Assembly (NCBI GenBank): GCA_037076615.1
Contig: AP029158.1
Coordinates: 325,470 to 389,469, forward strand
Direction of reading: 5' to 3'
DNA from: Candidatus Parcubacteria bacterium
Lineage (GTDB): Bacteria; Patescibacteriota; Patescibacteriia; Patescibacteriales; UBA12465
Length of the DNA: 64,000 nucleotides
Positions 63,295-64,000 of the stretch are shown here, in pieces (position 1 is the stretch's first letter; each line of letters opens with the position of its first letter). The notes under the pieces are model-generated. The model saw only the letters and a list, made by a program, of their open reading frames with translations, was not told the origin of the DNA and did not search any database. The position numbers and the translations under genes are program-made.

Positions 63295-63343
63295 AATTTA
63301 GCTAAAACTCGCTTTTTATTATCTTGAAAAGCTTGATGTTTTT

Positions 63344-63372
63344 ATTCTACCGTCTTTAAAGTTAAAAAGCAA
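63344..63372 (-). promoter_or_regulatory. Sigma70-type promoter of the 63294-to-57076 operon
   Basis: Minus strand reads TTGCTT, 17 nt, TAGAAT. Confidence 0.45.
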
Positions 63373-63381
63373 TGAGAATAA

Positions 63382-63410
63382 TTGACAGTTTTCGTGACAT
63401 TGTGTATTAT
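63382..63410 (+). promoter_or_regulatory. Sigma70-type promoter of secE-nusG
   Basis: TTGACA, 17 nt, TATTAT. Confidence 0.6.
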
Positions 63411-63488
63411 TTAGTTAGAAAAAAAGTGGCCCAGAGAGGCTATTTTTAAATTGACGCGGCGATTATTTTTAAGCCGCTTTAAAAGGCT

Positions 63489-63677
63489 ATGAACAAAATT
63501 ATCAATTACATTAAAGCGTCCATTGAGGAGCTAAAAAAAGTTAGCTGGCCAACAAAAAAAGAAACTTACCGCTATACCGTTTTGGTGGTGGTGGTTAGTT
63601 TAGCCGTCGCCGCTTATTTAGGCGGTCTAGACTATCTCTTTACTCTCGGCTTGAGAGATTTTCTCTTTAGACTTTAA
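63489..63677 (+). CDS. secE: Preprotein translocase subunit SecE
   Basis: 62 aa with a single transmembrane helix. It contains ELKKVSWPTKKET and sits directly before nusG. Confidence 0.8.
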   Translation: MNKIINYIKASIEELKKVSWPTKKETYRYTVLVVVVSLAVAAYLGGLDYLFTLGLRDFLFRL

Positions 63678-63734
63678 AAAACAAGTACTTTCGTTTCTGT
63701 CGCCAAGCGCGCCAGAAGCAGGAACAAGAACATT

Positions 63735-64000
63735 ATGGCAAAGCAATTACTTAATCAAGGACGGCGTTGGTATGTCCTCCACACCTATTCTGGCTACGAA
63801 GAGAATGTCGCCGAAAACTTGAAACAGCGCATTGAATCGCTGGATATGGAAGACAAGATTTTTGATATCTTGATTCCGACCGAAAAAAAGGTCAAAATAA
63901 AAAACGGTAAACGCAAGGTGGCTGAGGAAAAAATCTTCCCCGGCTATATTTTAGTGGAAATGGTTGTTACCGATGAGTCTTGGTATATCGTGCGCAACAC
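63735..64000 (+). CDS. nusG: Transcription termination/antitermination factor NusG, 3' end outside the window
   Basis: Own translation from ATG 63735: MAKQLLNQGRRWYVLHTYSGYEENVAENLKQRIE ... FPGYILVEM, which is an NGN domain. It runs to the window edge. Confidence 0.9.
   Translation, partial: MAKQLLNQGRRWYVLHTYSGYEENVAENLKQRIESLDMEDKIFDILIPTEKKVKIKNGKRKVAEEKIFPGYILVEMVVTDESWYIVRN

Noticed and set aside
63295-63410. Divergent strand switch at 63.3 kb as a replication origin
   Set aside because: There is no dnaA or dnaN and no cluster of DnaA-box-like repeats. A terminus-like switch only 19 kb away makes an origin here implausible. Strand switches are therefore weak evidence on their own.
63295-63488. 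Expected tRNA-Trp upstream of secE
   Set aside because: No cloverleaf-compatible sequence is present (no GTTCGAAT-like T-arm, no acceptor pairing). The region holds only back-to-back promoters and a short hairpin.
1-64000. Alternative genetic code (UGA recoding, as in some CPR lineages)
   Set aside because: All conserved genes are full length under code 11, and TGA terminates rsmI (60858-60860) at the expected position.

Overview
This is 64 kb of AT-rich, densely coding bacterial chromosome (roughly 40% GC by eye, not computed). Reading frames are intact under the standard bacterial code, and TGA is used as a stop (for example rsmI). I found no rRNA, tRNA, CRISPR array or transposase. The gene content includes a minimised uvrB-uvrA-uvrC set, a DUF4012 protein, a lone type IV pilin-like gene, PIN-PhoH, a membrane pyrophosphatase and acetate kinase. 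It also includes many exported LamG, FG-GAP and beta-propeller proteins, and no LPS, Bam or respiratory genes. This fits a streamlined monoderm of the Patescibacteria/CPR type, but that is inference without any database search. Layout: 0-25 kb is housekeeping (hppA, prx, ackA, pilin, phoH2, IMPDH-like, ABC-F, uvrBAC, SIMPL, rplJL, DUF4012). About 25.7-41.2 kb is an accessory-looking cell-surface region. It holds an O-antigen-ligase-like gene, two GT4 genes, a PCP/Wzz-like gene and a TagA-NUDIX fusion, interleaved with exported proteins: a FISUMP lipoprotein, a Cys-rich repeat protein, a barrel-like protein and an Ig-like lipoprotein. 41-64 kb is mostly minus-strand housekeeping operons (gltX, M23, xer, ftsQ, alr, serS, dnaX, T4CP-like ATPase, fdx, rpmA, ctp, tsaC, cvpA, metG, rsmI, secE, nusG). 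Nearly every transcription unit has a readable TTGACA-17-TAnnnT promoter, often with an extended TGn, and a strong intrinsic terminator. The most interesting signals are: (1) a contingency-like locus at 28.2-30.4 kb, with an exact 56-bp promoter duplication, (AT)6 tracts and a T5 frameshift splitting a secreted Cys-rich repeat protein; (2) an array of four phased promoters at 33.5-33.7 kb; (3) a nucleotide excision repair operon with coordinated domain losses (UvrA lacks the insertion domain, UvrB and UvrC lack UVR, UvrC lacks HhH2); (4) a dif-like inverted repeat next to the single xer gene; (5) a promoter-to-terminator unit with a CU-rich tail upstream of the pilin gene; (6) a TagA-NUDIX fusion. 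All functional calls rest on motifs read from the translations. None has been checked by search.
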